From: an uncultured Ktedonobacterales bacterium
GTDB taxonomy: Bacteria; Chloroflexota; DTOL01; DAOUCN01
Direction of reading: 5' to 3'
NCBI GenBank assembly: GCA_964402955.1
Contig: CAYOEZ010000003.1
Span: 588 to 64,587 of the forward strand
Length of the DNA stretch: 64,000 nucleotides
Part shown: one piece after another, positions 43,980 through 52,977 of the stretch
Layout of the letters: every line of letters starts with the position of its first letter
Position numbering within the stretch: position 1 is the stretch's first letter
Program-made: the position numbers and the translations under genes
The notes under the pieces: model-generated
Database searches by the model: none
What the model was told of the DNA's origin: nothing
Seen by the model: only the letters and a program-made list of their open reading frames with translations

Positions 43980-45134
43980 ATGCGCTTTGAGTTTGCGACC
44001 GCACAGCGGATTATCTTTGGCGCCGGCGCTCTGGCCGAGGTTGGCCCGCTAGCGCGCAGCATGGGACGGAGCGCGCTCCTGGCCGTGGGCAGCGCTGTGG
44101 AGCGCGTGCAGCCGCTGCTCGACGTGCTGGGCGCGCATGGCGTCAGCTACACACTACTTAAGGTGACGGGAGAGCCGGACCTGGACCTCGTGCGCCGTGG
44201 CGTGCAGATGGCGCACGACGCCGGCTGCGATCTGCTGATCGGCTGTGGCGGCGGCAGCGCCCTGGATACAGCCAAGGCCGTCGCTGCTGTGGCGGCCAAT
44301 GGCGGCGACCCGCTCGACTATCTTGAGGTGATCGGCCAGGGTAAGCCCATCACCATCTCACCGCTGCCCGTCATCGCCATCCCCACCACGGCGGGCACGG
44401 GCGCCGAGGTGACGCGCAATGCCGTGCTCGCCTCGCCCGAACACCACGTCAAGGCCAGCCTGCGCAGCCCGCCCATGCTGCCGCGCCTGGCGATCATCTA
44501 CCCTGTCCTCACCTACAGCATGCCGCCGCAGGTCACCGCCAGCACCGGCCTCGATGCGCTGACCCAGGTGATCGAGCCTTTCGTCTCGGTGCGCGCCAAT
44601 CCGTTGGCTGGCGCCCTGTGCCGCGAGGGGATAGCGCGCGCTGCCCGCTCGCTATGGCGCGCCTTTGCGCACGGTGACGACGCGGGCGCCCGTGAAGACA
44701 TGGCGCTTGCCAGCCTGCTGGGCGGCCTGGCGCTGGCCAATGCTGGGTTGGGGGCGGTGCACGGCATTGCCAGCGTGATTGGCGGCATGTTTCCTGCCCC
44801 GCACGGCGCCGTCTGCGCCCGCCTGCTGCCCGCAGTCATGGCGATGAACGTGCGCGCCCTGCACGCGCGCCAGCCGCAAAGCGAAGCGCTGCGTCGCTAC
44901 GACGAGGTGGCCCGCCTGCTCACCGGCAGCAGTGCGGCGACGGCGCACGATGGCGTGGCCTGGGTGCGCGCCTTGTGCGCCGATTTGGGCGTGCCCCCGC
45001 TCTCCGCTTACGGCATGGCTGCACAGGACATTCCCGCCATCGTCGAGAAATCGCTCGTTGCTAGCAGTACGAAGGCCAACCCGATTGTGTTGACGGCAGA
45101 AGAGATGAGGGAGATATTGCAGGAGGCGCTGTAG
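43980..45134 (+). CDS. Iron-containing (group III) alcohol dehydrogenase
   Basis: ..GCGGGSALDTAKAVA.., ..PTTAGTGAEVT.., His-rich metal site region. ATG at 43980 is an internal start of the track ORF. Confidence 0.9.
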   Translation: MRFEFATAQRIIFGAGALAEVGPLARSMGRSALLAVGSAVERVQPLLDVLGAHGVSYTLLKVTGEPDLDLVRRGVQMAHDAGCDLLIGCGGGSALDTAKAVAAVAANGGDPLDYLEVIGQGKPITISPLPVIAIPTTAGTGAEVTRNAVLASPEHHVKASLRSPPMLPRLAIIYPVLTYSMPPQVTASTGLDALTQVIEPFVSVRANPLAGALCREGIARAARSLWRAFAHGDDAGAREDMALASLLGGLALANAGLGAVHGIASVIGGMFPAPHGAVCARLLPAVMAMNVRALHARQPQSEALRRYDEVARLLTGSSAATAHDGVAWVRALCADLGVPPLSAYGMAAQDIPAIVEKSLVASSTKANPIVLTAEEMREILQEAL

Positions 45135-45188
45135 CAGTAGTGCTGTCTACGGATTCTGGCCCGGATGGCACGGTGGCTGTGCACAGAT

Positions 45189-45538
45189 GCCCGCCCTCAC
45201 CCCAGCCCTCTCCCGACCTCGGGAGAGGGAGTCCGCGCCTGCATCCGTACTTCCCGTGTCGTCCGGGCCAGAATCCGTGCTTTCCGTGCCATCCGCGCCT
45301 GCATCCGTGGACAGCGTCCGTGTCATCCGAGTTCAGAATCCGTTGCCAGCGGCCCGCCCTCACCCCGCCCCTCTCCCAACCTTGGGAGAGGGAGTCTGCG
45401 CCGACATCCGTGTCTTCCGTGCCTGAATCCGTGCCTCCGCTTCATCCGTGTTCAGAATCCGTTGCCAGCATCCGTGTCATCCGTGCTTACATCCGTGGAC
45501 AGCCTCCGTGTCATCCGTGTTCAGAATCCGTTGCCAGC
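45189..45538. repeat. Composite intergenic repeat array (two ~50-bp CCCTCTCCC..GGGAGAGGG hairpin units, three ~29-bp TCATCCGTGTTCAGAATCCGTTGCCAGC units, many ATCCGT words)
   Basis: Unit A at 45189-45239 and 45352-45402. Unit B at 45322-45350, 45441-45469 and 45510-45538. A ~49-bp unit at 45302-45350 recurs at 45490-45538. Confidence 0.85.
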
Positions 45539-48157
45539 CTCCGTTGCCACCGTCAGCCTCTGCCCCACTCCCAACTCCACCTCTTTGCCGAATTCCACCA
45601 CCATCTGCTTCCCCACCAGGCCGGCAGTGGCAGCCACTTTTCCCTCCGGGCCAGTTACCCTCACATGCTCTGGCGAGACGCCGTCAGGCAGCGCCAGCCC
45701 TAGCGTGCGAAAAGCCAGGCGGCCATAGCGCACCTCGACGGTGCACGTCATTGCGCTGCCCTCCACCTTCTGGCTGAAACTGCCCCAGCCGCTGCCTGTG
45801 CTGAAGAAGCAGCGGAAGTCGCTGGCATTCACGCGCGGGGCAAAGCTGATGCGACGCGCCGGTGCGCTGTAGTGATAGCCGGAGAGCGCCAGCAGCAGCG
45901 ACCAGCTCGACATCGCCCGCGCATAATGGTGGCCGCACTCGAACTCATTCCAGGGATTGCGGGCGACGCCGTCGTGACGCTGGCGCGCCCTCTTCACAAT
46001 CCCCAGCCCCTGCTCAACCATGCCTTCATAGATCAGGTGCGCGGCCACCTGGTACTCGAAACCTGTCCACACCTCGTCGGCGTAGGGGAAGGGGTAGCGC
46101 GGGCGGCCGCCGTTTGGCCACGAGCAGAGCAGCAGCCCTCCCTCGCCGTTGAGCGCGTAGGTGCGCTGGCAATTGTGGTGCGCCGACATGTCTTTGCGGA
46201 CGTTGTACTTGACGATAGAGCGCATGGTGCGGCGCACGTGCGCCTGCGGCAGCAGATAGCCCAGGCCAACCACGTGGGCGAACCATTGGCCGAGCATCTG
46301 GTCGGCCAGGCAGCCGGGGCCATATTGGTAGCGCGGCTGATCCTCGCCCTCGCGAATGGCCGGTGGGTGGCGCCCCTCGTATCTGTCCTTGATCGAATCG
46401 CCTGGCCTGGGGTTGCGCACCTTCTGCACATAGAACTCCCCGTTCCATAGCTCCCTGTCCAGCTTCTTGCTGCCCGATTGGTAGATACTTCGGTACTCAT
46501 CGGCAGAGGCGTTCTCGCCCAAAGCGCGCGCTATCTCTTCCGCCGCGCGCAGCGCTCCCAGGTAGAGCGCGCCCATGAATGTGTTGGGGCCATAGAACTC
46601 GACGTCGTACGTGTTGTGCTGCTCGCCTTCCATCACGCCGTCACGGTCTTTGTCCCACACCTGCCAGGCATACTCCAGCGCCTGTTTGGCCGCGGGCCAG
46701 AGCGCGCGCAAGAAGGCATCGTCGCCCGAAAGCTGCCACTCACGGTAGAGCTTGAGGATACCGCCCATCTGCCCGTCGGCAGCGGGCACGTAGTTCCACA
46801 GCGCGCCCGATGTGATCGGTAGCAAGGTGCGGAAACGCTGCTCGCCCGTCGGCAGGGTGTTGGTATCGTAGTCGGTGCGGCGCATGGTACGCTCCAGGTC
46901 CGGGAAGAGGTGCGCCAGCGCCTGCTCGTAGTTCCAGACGTGGGTGCAGTTCATCGGACAGCAGCCGGAATTGTCGTTGCAGCCCTCGAAGCCGTGGAAA
47001 CGCCCATCTTCGGTGCGCAGGCAGGTCGTCGTGCGTATGATGGCCGACTGGCTCGATGCCGCGTCCAAAACGACGGCCGGCAGCGTGCTCTCGAAGAGCG
47101 TATCGTGGTAGGCGATCGTCTCGGCATCGAGTCGCTTCAGGTTGGCGGACGTGTAGCGCGCTGTATCCCATGCGTTGGCGAAGCGTGTCGTGTAGTAGTT
47201 GCCCAGGCGCCGCCCCTTGACCTCCTCTTCCTTGTTCCAGTAGTTGGTCAGGTTGGGGAAGTGCCAGGACAGGATGAACGGCAGTTCCACGGTCTCACCC
47301 GGCGCAAGATGGGCTACCAGCCCCAGCGTGCCCACATCGGTTTCGCCATCGGGCGAAGGAGCGGCTGCGGCGTCGCCGGGCAAGCGGCCATTGGCGCGCA
47401 AGGTGTCCCAGAAGTCTTGCAGCGCGTCAAACCAGCCTGCCCGTTCCCAGCGCAGGGCAAAGGTCGTCTCTGGCCATGACGTGGCGACGGCGAGTGACCC
47501 GGCGCCCGGTCCAGCCGTTGCCGTACCGGTCATGTGCAGGCCCGCCAGGCCCTTCTCCGTTACCCACTCGTTGAGGTTGCCGCCGAAGAGGGAGCAGGAG
47601 CGGCCACGCAGGCGTGACTCGCCGTCGTACCCGGCGGCGTTGAGCAGGCTGAAGGCAACGGTCGCATCCACCGCCACCGGCAGGGGATTGTGCAGCCGCC
47701 AGCGGAAAATGGCCACCGGCAGGCCCGAATCATCAGCATCGAGTGGGATGAAGGGATTGAAAGCATCCAATTCCACCTGCAACGGCAGCGCACCGTCGGC
47801 AAAGCGCATATGCGCCAGGGGATAGGCGCCGCAAAACTCCGCCTCGGCCAGGCGCGGCAAGCCGGCCATCTGGTCGAACGGTATGCCGCCGCCGGCCACA
47901 AACGGGGGCATCAGCCGGCGTTCGAGCACGCGCGCCACAGACGCGCCGCCATCCGGTTTAGCCCACAGGGAGAAAAACGTGAATGGTAGATGCGTGCCAT
48001 AGGCCGGCCGGTTGAAGATCTCCCAGTCGCGCAGGTCGCCGCGCCCGCCCAGGCAGACGGTGCCTGTGCCGATACCACCCAGGGGAAAAGCAATCTGCTG
48101 CAACGATTTGCCGGAAAAGGTGCGCTGTGTGCCCAGGCCAATAGGGGATGTGGTCAT
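45521..48157 (-). CDS. GH116-family beta-glucosidase (GBA2-type non-lysosomal glucosylceramidase-like)
   Basis: N-terminus MTTSPIGLGT..IAFPLGGIGTG.V.LGGRG.LRDWEIFN. ATG at 48157 with a GGGAGGAAACA SD. The last 6 codons and the stop lie inside repeat unit B. Confidence 0.9.
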   Translation of the reverse strand: MTTSPIGLGTQRTFSGKSLQQIAFPLGGIGTGTVCLGGRGDLRDWEIFNRPAYGTHLPFTFFSLWAKPDGGASVARVLERRLMPPFVAGGGIPFDQMAGLPRLAEAEFCGAYPLAHMRFADGALPLQVELDAFNPFIPLDADDSGLPVAIFRWRLHNPLPVAVDATVAFSLLNAAGYDGESRLRGRSCSLFGGNLNEWVTEKGLAGLHMTGTATAGPGAGSLAVATSWPETTFALRWERAGWFDALQDFWDTLRANGRLPGDAAAAPSPDGETDVGTLGLVAHLAPGETVELPFILSWHFPNLTNYWNKEEEVKGRRLGNYYTTRFANAWDTARYTSANLKRLDAETIAYHDTLFESTLPAVVLDAASSQSAIIRTTTCLRTEDGRFHGFEGCNDNSGCCPMNCTHVWNYEQALAHLFPDLERTMRRTDYDTNTLPTGEQRFRTLLPITSGALWNYVPAADGQMGGILKLYREWQLSGDDAFLRALWPAAKQALEYAWQVWDKDRDGVMEGEQHNTYDVEFYGPNTFMGALYLGALRAAEEIARALGENASADEYRSIYQSGSKKLDRELWNGEFYVQKVRNPRPGDSIKDRYEGRHPPAIREGEDQPRYQYGPGCLADQMLGQWFAHVVGLGYLLPQAHVRRTMRSIVKYNVRKDMSAHHNCQRTYALNGEGGLLLCSWPNGGRPRYPFPYADEVWTGFEYQVAAHLIYEGMVEQGLGIVKRARQRHDGVARNPWNEFECGHHYARAMSSWSLLLALSGYHYSAPARRISFAPRVNASDFRCFFSTGSGWGSFSQKVEGSAMTCTVEVRYGRLAFRTLGLALPDGVSPEHVRVTGPEGKVAATAGLVGKQMVVEFGKEVELGVGQRLTVATEAGNGF

Positions 48158-48198
48158 TGTTTCCTCCCGTGCGGAGATTTGGAGACCTCGAGATCTTG

Positions 48199-48232
48199 AG
48201 ACCACCGAGGTTCCCGAAAACTTCGGTGGTCT
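48199..48232 (-). terminator. Hairpin AGACCACCGAGGTT..AACTTCGGTGGTCT downstream of sodX
   Basis: 14-bp stem (one G:U), 6-nt loop, 11 nt after the sodX stop. Confidence 0.45.
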
Positions 48233-48242
48233 GACGATGCGA

Positions 48243-48530
48243 TTAGCGCCTGATGCGCCAGATGACCTTGCCCACGACCGACGCGCGGTTGATGGGGCCG
48301 AACTCGCGGCTATCAACACTCTTGTCGTGAATGCCGACGACGTAGAGCTGGTTGTCGGGCAAGATGCGTTCGACCTGCTTGATCATGATGTCGTAGACTG
48401 GGTGGCGAAAGACCACCACGTCGCCGCGCCTGACGCCCCCGCTCACAAAGGGGGGCGCGACAAGCACGTAATCGCCATCCTGATACAGTGGCCACAGGCT
48501 CTGGCCGGAGACTTTGAGTAGTTTGAACAT
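48243..48530 (-). CDS. sodX: Ni-SOD maturation protease (S26 signal-peptidase-like)
   Basis: 95 aa. Ser motif VSGQSLWP and Lys motif MIKQV. Immediately downstream of sodN. Confidence 0.85.
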   Translation of the reverse strand: MFKLLKVSGQSLWPLYQDGDYVLVAPPFVSGGVRRGDVVVFRHPVYDIMIKQVERILPDNQLYVVGIHDKSVDSREFGPINRASVVGKVIWRIRR

Positions 48531-48549
48531 GAAGAATGAAGGGGTTTCG

Positions 48550-48592
48550 GTTCAGAGTTCCGATCTCTTTGCGGGAGATCGGAACTCTGAAC
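48550..48592 (-). terminator. Intercistronic 18-bp perfect hairpin between sodN and sodX
   Basis: GTTCAGAGTTCCGATCTC / GAGATCGGAACTCTGAAC, 7-nt loop. Confidence 0.5.
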
Positions 48593-48599
48593 GACATAG

Positions 48600-49100
48600 C
48601 TACAGGGCGGGATAGACCAGTTCCAGGTTCGGGGCGTAGGGCGCCTTGGCGCGCTTGGTGGCAACGCCCTTGGTGTCCCAGAAGATGGCGGCGAATTCGT
48701 TCACCGCTTCAACCAGGTCGAGCGCGGTCTGGCGGTCAACCCCCTGGCGCACCTTGGATCCCAGGGCAAAAATCTTGTGCGTCAAAGCCAGGAGGCCCGG
48801 ATGCTTCTCCAGGTGCGGGGCCTTGAAGTAGTCGCCCATGATCACGCGCACTTCTTTCTTGAGCTTCTCGGCGTGCTCTTCCTTGACCAGGATGTAGCGC
48901 ACCTCGGTATTGGTGCGGGCTGCGCCGGCCTGGGTTAAGCTCTTCTCGATATCGGTGATCAAATCGATCATCCTGACCACAGTCAGGGCATCGATCTGTG
49001 CCAGGATCGGGTCGTAAATGCCACAGGGCACATCACAGTGCGCCCTGGCGTGATCGAACCCGAGCCGCTTGTCCAATTCGTTCACGAGGTTGTACAACAT
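48600..49100 (-). CDS. sodN: Nickel-containing superoxide dismutase precursor
   Basis: Propeptide, then the Ni-hook HCDVPCGIYDP. AAGGAGGA SD. Confidence 0.95.
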   Translation of the reverse strand: MLYNLVNELDKRLGFDHARAHCDVPCGIYDPILAQIDALTVVRMIDLITDIEKSLTQAGAARTNTEVRYILVKEEHAEKLKKEVRVIMGDYFKAPHLEKHPGLLALTHKIFALGSKVRQGVDRQTALDLVEAVNEFAAIFWDTKGVATKRAKAPYAPNLELVYPAL

Positions 49101-49198
49101 GTCAGTCCTCCTTAAGTACGTAACTGAGCGATTAGCTCAGGGTTTCACAGTGGCGGGCAATCTTGCACGTGTCCATGGTTTGTTGCCCTGCGAATAGT

Positions 49199-49227
49199 AG
49201 CATACTGCTAAACAAGGGTTTTGTCAA
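49199..49227 (-). promoter_or_regulatory. sodN promoter (TTGACA-17-TATGCT)
   Basis: -35 at 49222-49227 and -10 at 49199-49204 on the minus strand. Flanked by two copies of GTGCAAGATT. Confidence 0.55.
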
Positions 49228-49307
49228 GTAAAAACTACGCCAAATCTTGCACTGGGAACAGGGCGCGCTGTGCACTGTGGGCGTCGCGACGTGCAGGCGA
49301 CGCCGAC

Positions 49308-49455
49308 GGGTGAGCGTCATCTTCATCGACCGTGTAGGGCGCGGTCTCTACCGCGCCAGAAGGGCGCTGTTTTTGCACTTGGACGGCGCAAGGGAGCGCC
49401 TTACTACACGGATTGGGAAGGCTGGCGCTGTCTCCAGAAAGGATGACGCTCACCC
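49308..49455. ncRNA. Candidate structured RNA or palindromic element (nested perfect stems). Strand and function unknown.
   Basis: 14-bp closing stem at 49308-49321/49442-49455. 8-bp stem at 49330-49337/49404-49411. Inner hairpins at 49338-49357 and 49360-49402. An extra hairpin lies at 49280-49304. Confidence 0.3.
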
Positions 49456-49471
49456 ACGCCAGCCGGGGGTC

Positions 49472-49500
49472 TTGACAAATGCTACTGGTGCAATTATAAT
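49472..49500 (+). promoter_or_regulatory. Consensus sigma70 promoter (TTGACA-17-TATAAT) for the metalloprotease gene
   Basis: -35 at 49472-49477, -10 at 49495-49500. ~110-nt leader, AAGAGGAGGAG SD. Confidence 0.7.
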
Positions 49501-49617
49501 CCTACTACATCAATTAAGGTATTGACTAAATTGATGAACCGGCGCGTGCGACAGCCAGTTCCGCCATAGCCGGGCAGGGCAGGACCGGTCAGTGTCCTCT
49601 AATAAGAGGAGGAGACA

Positions 49618-52600
49618 ATGAAAGGTTCACGGCTCTATCGATCGTTAGCGTTCGTTGTGAGTATCGTCCTACTGGCGGCGTCATTGGGTATCCCCGCCCA
49701 GGTGCAGCCAGCAGGAGCACAGACGTCACTTGCTCCCCAGGCCTATGCAGTAGCAGACGCGGGCTCGCAAGATGCAGTCCACGCTCAGGCGTTATCAGAC
49801 GCGGTGGTGATCGATAACCATGACTACGCCACGGCAGCCGATGACCCACAGGCAACCCCCCACCCCCATAGCGGCGATGCGACTGATATCGTCCCTCTGG
49901 ATGTGCTGGGAACAAAACGCGTCATGGTGCTGCGCGTCTACTTCCACGACTACGCCAACGCCTCGCGCTACAGCACAGCGCAGGTTGATGGCTTCTTCGG
50001 TGAGCTTGATACTCTCTGGCGCAATACGTCCTACAACAAGATCAACATCGAGGCACGCGTCACAGATCTTTTCCAGTTGCCCGCTAACCGTAGCGCCTAC
50101 ATCGACGATTTCTCCGATGGCGATCTCTCCAACGGGAGCAAGTTCAGCAAAGTCCTCAACGATTCGATCGCCAACGCCCCGGGTGGGCTCGACTGGAGCA
50201 ACCTGGACGCCGTGATGGTGGTGATGGCCGAGACGAGCATGGCGCAATTCCACCGCGGCCAGGGCGGCGGCGGCTGTAATCTCAACATGGGTCCAGGTGG
50301 GCCAATCAAGAGTGTAGGCTGCGCCATCTTCAGTGAAAACCCCATCGATAGTGACAGGGCTGTGTGGGGGCGATGGGCGCACGAGATCGGCCATGCCTTC
50401 CAGGTGGGCGGCCCGGCCCACCCCAGCAACTACAACAACGAATTCGAGTTGATGGACCGCAACATGCCGGGCCAGACGGGCGTCTTCGAGAAGCAGTCCA
50501 ATGCTGGCTTCCCGGGCTGGCTGCCCGCTGCCAAGTACGCCAGCTTCACCCCGTCGTGCGCCGTGGGCGGCTGTGTCGGCGTCGGCGGCGGCACGGCTTT
50601 CATCTGGGCAGAAGAGTACGATCCCACCGGCATGCCCAACAAGCAGGCCGTCAAAGCCTACATCTCCAATAGCCTATACTACCTGATCAGCGTGCGCCGC
50701 CGTGTCCTGGGCGACGATCTGAACGCCGCCTACGGCGGCATCCCGGACGAAGGTGTGCTCATCGAGCGTGTGTCCGAGGGATCCGATCCCTGGGTGACCG
50801 TGCAGGGCAAGGGCGGCGTTCGCACCGTTCTATGGAAGCAGGGCGACCTGTATACCAATGCTAGCGATGGTATTTCCATCAGCGTCGCCAAGAAGGTTGA
50901 CGACGACAACTACCAGGTCTTCGTGCGCTATGGCGACAACTCACTGCGCCCCGACGTCGGCCTCAACCCCTGGGTGTCGCCGCCGGGCAATACCTGGGAA
51001 ACGACCGACATCTGGGTCGATAGCCCGGTCAACGGCTACGGGACATACCGCTACGGCTCGTGGAGCGACGGCGCCGGCGGCACGGTGCCCCGCGGCAACG
51101 GCGACGACCCGGCCGTTGGTCAACTCAATCGCCTCTACGCCCGCGTGCGCAATTTCGGCGGGCAGACCGCAACCAATATCGTCGTGCGCTTCGATATCAC
51201 CGATCCGCCGGGCAAGGGCATCAACGGCGCCAATGGCTTCATCGGCCTGGGGACGGTCACATCGGTGCAGTTCCCGTCTCTGGCCAGCCTGGCCGCGGGC
51301 AGCTTCACCGATGTCTATCTGGAATGGACGCCCAGCTTCCCGCTTACGCCGGAACAGATCGCTGCGGGCATTTTCTACTTCCATACCTGCGTGCGGGTGA
51401 GGCTCGATGCAGTCTCTGGCGAGACCGTTCTGGGCAACCAGGACGGCGTCGACGAGCAGGAGAACATCGACTACTTCCAGACGCCGGCTCCCGGCATGGG
51501 CGCGGCCAAGTATAGCGATTTCATACATCTGCGCAATGATGATCCGGCGCGGCGCAAGTACTTCTACTTGAACTATGTGCCACATCTGCCCGATGGCTGG
51601 ACAGTTGACCTGAACAACGGCGTCTTTGGGCTGGAGCTTGACCCAGGGCAGCAAGTTGATATCCCGATCGTCATCCAGAGCGGCGGCTCGGTCACACCGA
51701 CCGTCGGCGACATCTTCAATGTGGACGTGGCTGCGTCGAGCCAGCGCATGCTTGTCAACGCACTCGATCCGAAGGACATGCACGTCGAGTTCAAGCAGTT
51801 GGGTGGGGTTACCGTCCAGGCCTACGTGCTGCAGATGCCGCGCCTGCGCTGCGACGGGATTTCGACGGCCTCCCCCAATCATCCGTTCATCTGGGGCCGT
51901 CTGGAAAACATCGGAGACTATCTTCCTCCCACCGGTCAGGGGTTGCCCATCTTCCTTGAGGGCGTCGATTCCAAGCGCAACTTCCTGCCCCTCTCGGCGC
52001 AGATCGTCTATACCGACCGCGATGGCAACTTCATGGGCTACTTGAACGACCGCAACCAGATGCCGCTGCGCGAGGTAATCTGCCTCTTCGCCGGCACCGA
52101 CAAGCTGGCCAGCGCATCGAGCGGCTACGTGCGCCTGCATGACCCACAACGGGTGGCCTACGTCTACAATGCCGGCGACAACGCCATGGGCTCGTTCAAC
52201 ACGTTCCTGAGCAACCACGGTTTGGCGGTCGACCAGGTTCCGCTCGCGCAAGCAAGCTTCTTCGACTTCTCGGCCGACATCGCGATCATCGTCGGCGCCA
52301 ACACCGGCGGTCAGGGATCGTTCTTCTCCGCCAGCGCGGCAAATGCCCTCAAGGCATCCGGCAAGCCGCTGCTAGGCTTGAGCGAGGGCGGAGCGGCGCT
52401 GTTCGACGCCTACGGTCTGGATATCGGCTATGGCGATACCTGGTATGCGACAGGAAGCGGCATCATCGTTGTCAATAGCCTCCACAGCGTCTGGTCGTCA
52501 CCCTGGCCGCTGGCGGTGTCTACCAACGAGTTGCTGTCTCTCTATAACGCTGACGCTGCGCTGCTAGCTGTATATCGGCCAACGCCCAGGCGCGGTATCA

Positions 52601-52803
52601 CGCCAATCGGCCGCCAGATCGGCGCTGCAAGCCACTATCCGCTCATCTCGCAGTCAATGAACGGGCAATGCGCTACACTGTGGGGTTTTAGCGGCGCGCC
52701 GGTCAGTATGACATCCACTGGCAAAGACGTGTTCTTGAACCTGGTGCTCGACGCCACCTGCCAGTCATCCGTCTTCCTGCCGACGATTCTCAGCAACAAC
52801 TGA
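49618..52803 (+). CDS. Large secreted zinc metalloprotease (HEIGH motif, M6/InhA-like by eye) with C-terminal accessory domains
   Basis: Signal peptide MKGSRLYRSLAFVVSIVLLAASLG. WAHEIGHAF zinc motif. 1061 aa. Ends ..SSVFLPTILSNN. Confidence 0.85.
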   Translation: MKGSRLYRSLAFVVSIVLLAASLGIPAQVQPAGAQTSLAPQAYAVADAGSQDAVHAQALSDAVVIDNHDYATAADDPQATPHPHSGDATDIVPLDVLGTKRVMVLRVYFHDYANASRYSTAQVDGFFGELDTLWRNTSYNKINIEARVTDLFQLPANRSAYIDDFSDGDLSNGSKFSKVLNDSIANAPGGLDWSNLDAVMVVMAETSMAQFHRGQGGGGCNLNMGPGGPIKSVGCAIFSENPIDSDRAVWGRWAHEIGHAFQVGGPAHPSNYNNEFELMDRNMPGQTGVFEKQSNAGFPGWLPAAKYASFTPSCAVGGCVGVGGGTAFIWAEEYDPTGMPNKQAVKAYISNSLYYLISVRRRVLGDDLNAAYGGIPDEGVLIERVSEGSDPWVTVQGKGGVRTVLWKQGDLYTNASDGISISVAKKVDDDNYQVFVRYGDNSLRPDVGLNPWVSPPGNTWETTDIWVDSPVNGYGTYRYGSWSDGAGGTVPRGNGDDPAVGQLNRLYARVRNFGGQTATNIVVRFDITDPPGKGINGANGFIGLGTVTSVQFPSLASLAAGSFTDVYLEWTPSFPLTPEQIAAGIFYFHTCVRVRLDAVSGETVLGNQDGVDEQENIDYFQTPAPGMGAAKYSDFIHLRNDDPARRKYFYLNYVPHLPDGWTVDLNNGVFGLELDPGQQVDIPIVIQSGGSVTPTVGDIFNVDVAASSQRMLVNALDPKDMHVEFKQLGGVTVQAYVLQMPRLRCDGISTASPNHPFIWGRLENIGDYLPPTGQGLPIFLEGVDSKRNFLPLSAQIVYTDRDGNFMGYLNDRNQMPLREVICLFAGTDKLASASSGYVRLHDPQRVAYVYNAGDNAMGSFNTFLSNHGLAVDQVPLAQASFFDFSADIAIIVGANTGGQGSFFSASAANALKASGKPLLGLSEGGAALFDAYGLDIGYGDTWYATGSGIIVVNSLHSVWSSPWPLAVSTNELLSLYNADAALLAVYRPTPRRGITPIGRQIGAASHYPLISQSMNGQCATLWGFSGAPVSMTSTGKDVFLNLVLDATCQSSVFLPTILSNN

Positions 52804-52870
52804 GGCAGGGGGACGGGAACGGGGACGCGGATAGGAGCAAAAGAGCCGCGGATGATCGCGGATAGAAAGA

Positions 52871-52902
52871 GACTTCCGAAGTTTTCGAAAACTTCGGAAG
52901 TC
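52871..52902. terminator. Perfect 32-nt palindrome GACTTCCGAAGTTTTC/GAAAACTTCGGAAGTC between convergent genes
   Basis: Nested inside a larger imperfect palindrome whose outer arms are 52821-52833 and 52952-52964. Confidence 0.55.
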
Positions 52903-52977
52903 TTGTTCAAAGTCTTGTTCTATCGGCGCAAGTCTGCGGCCTTTCTATTCTTATCCGCGTCCCCGTCCTCACTCCCG

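Noticed and set aside
45189-45538. Possible CRISPR array
   Set aside because: Two different repeat units occur with irregular spacing (117 and 69 nt between copies of unit B). The 'spacers' are themselves repetitive, and there are no cas genes in the window.
45140-45728. Three overlapping ~187-aa plus-strand ORFs
   Set aside because: They lie entirely in the repeat array. They are open only because the repeats lack stop codons, and the peptides are low-complexity (PSP.., IRVIRV..). They are not genes.
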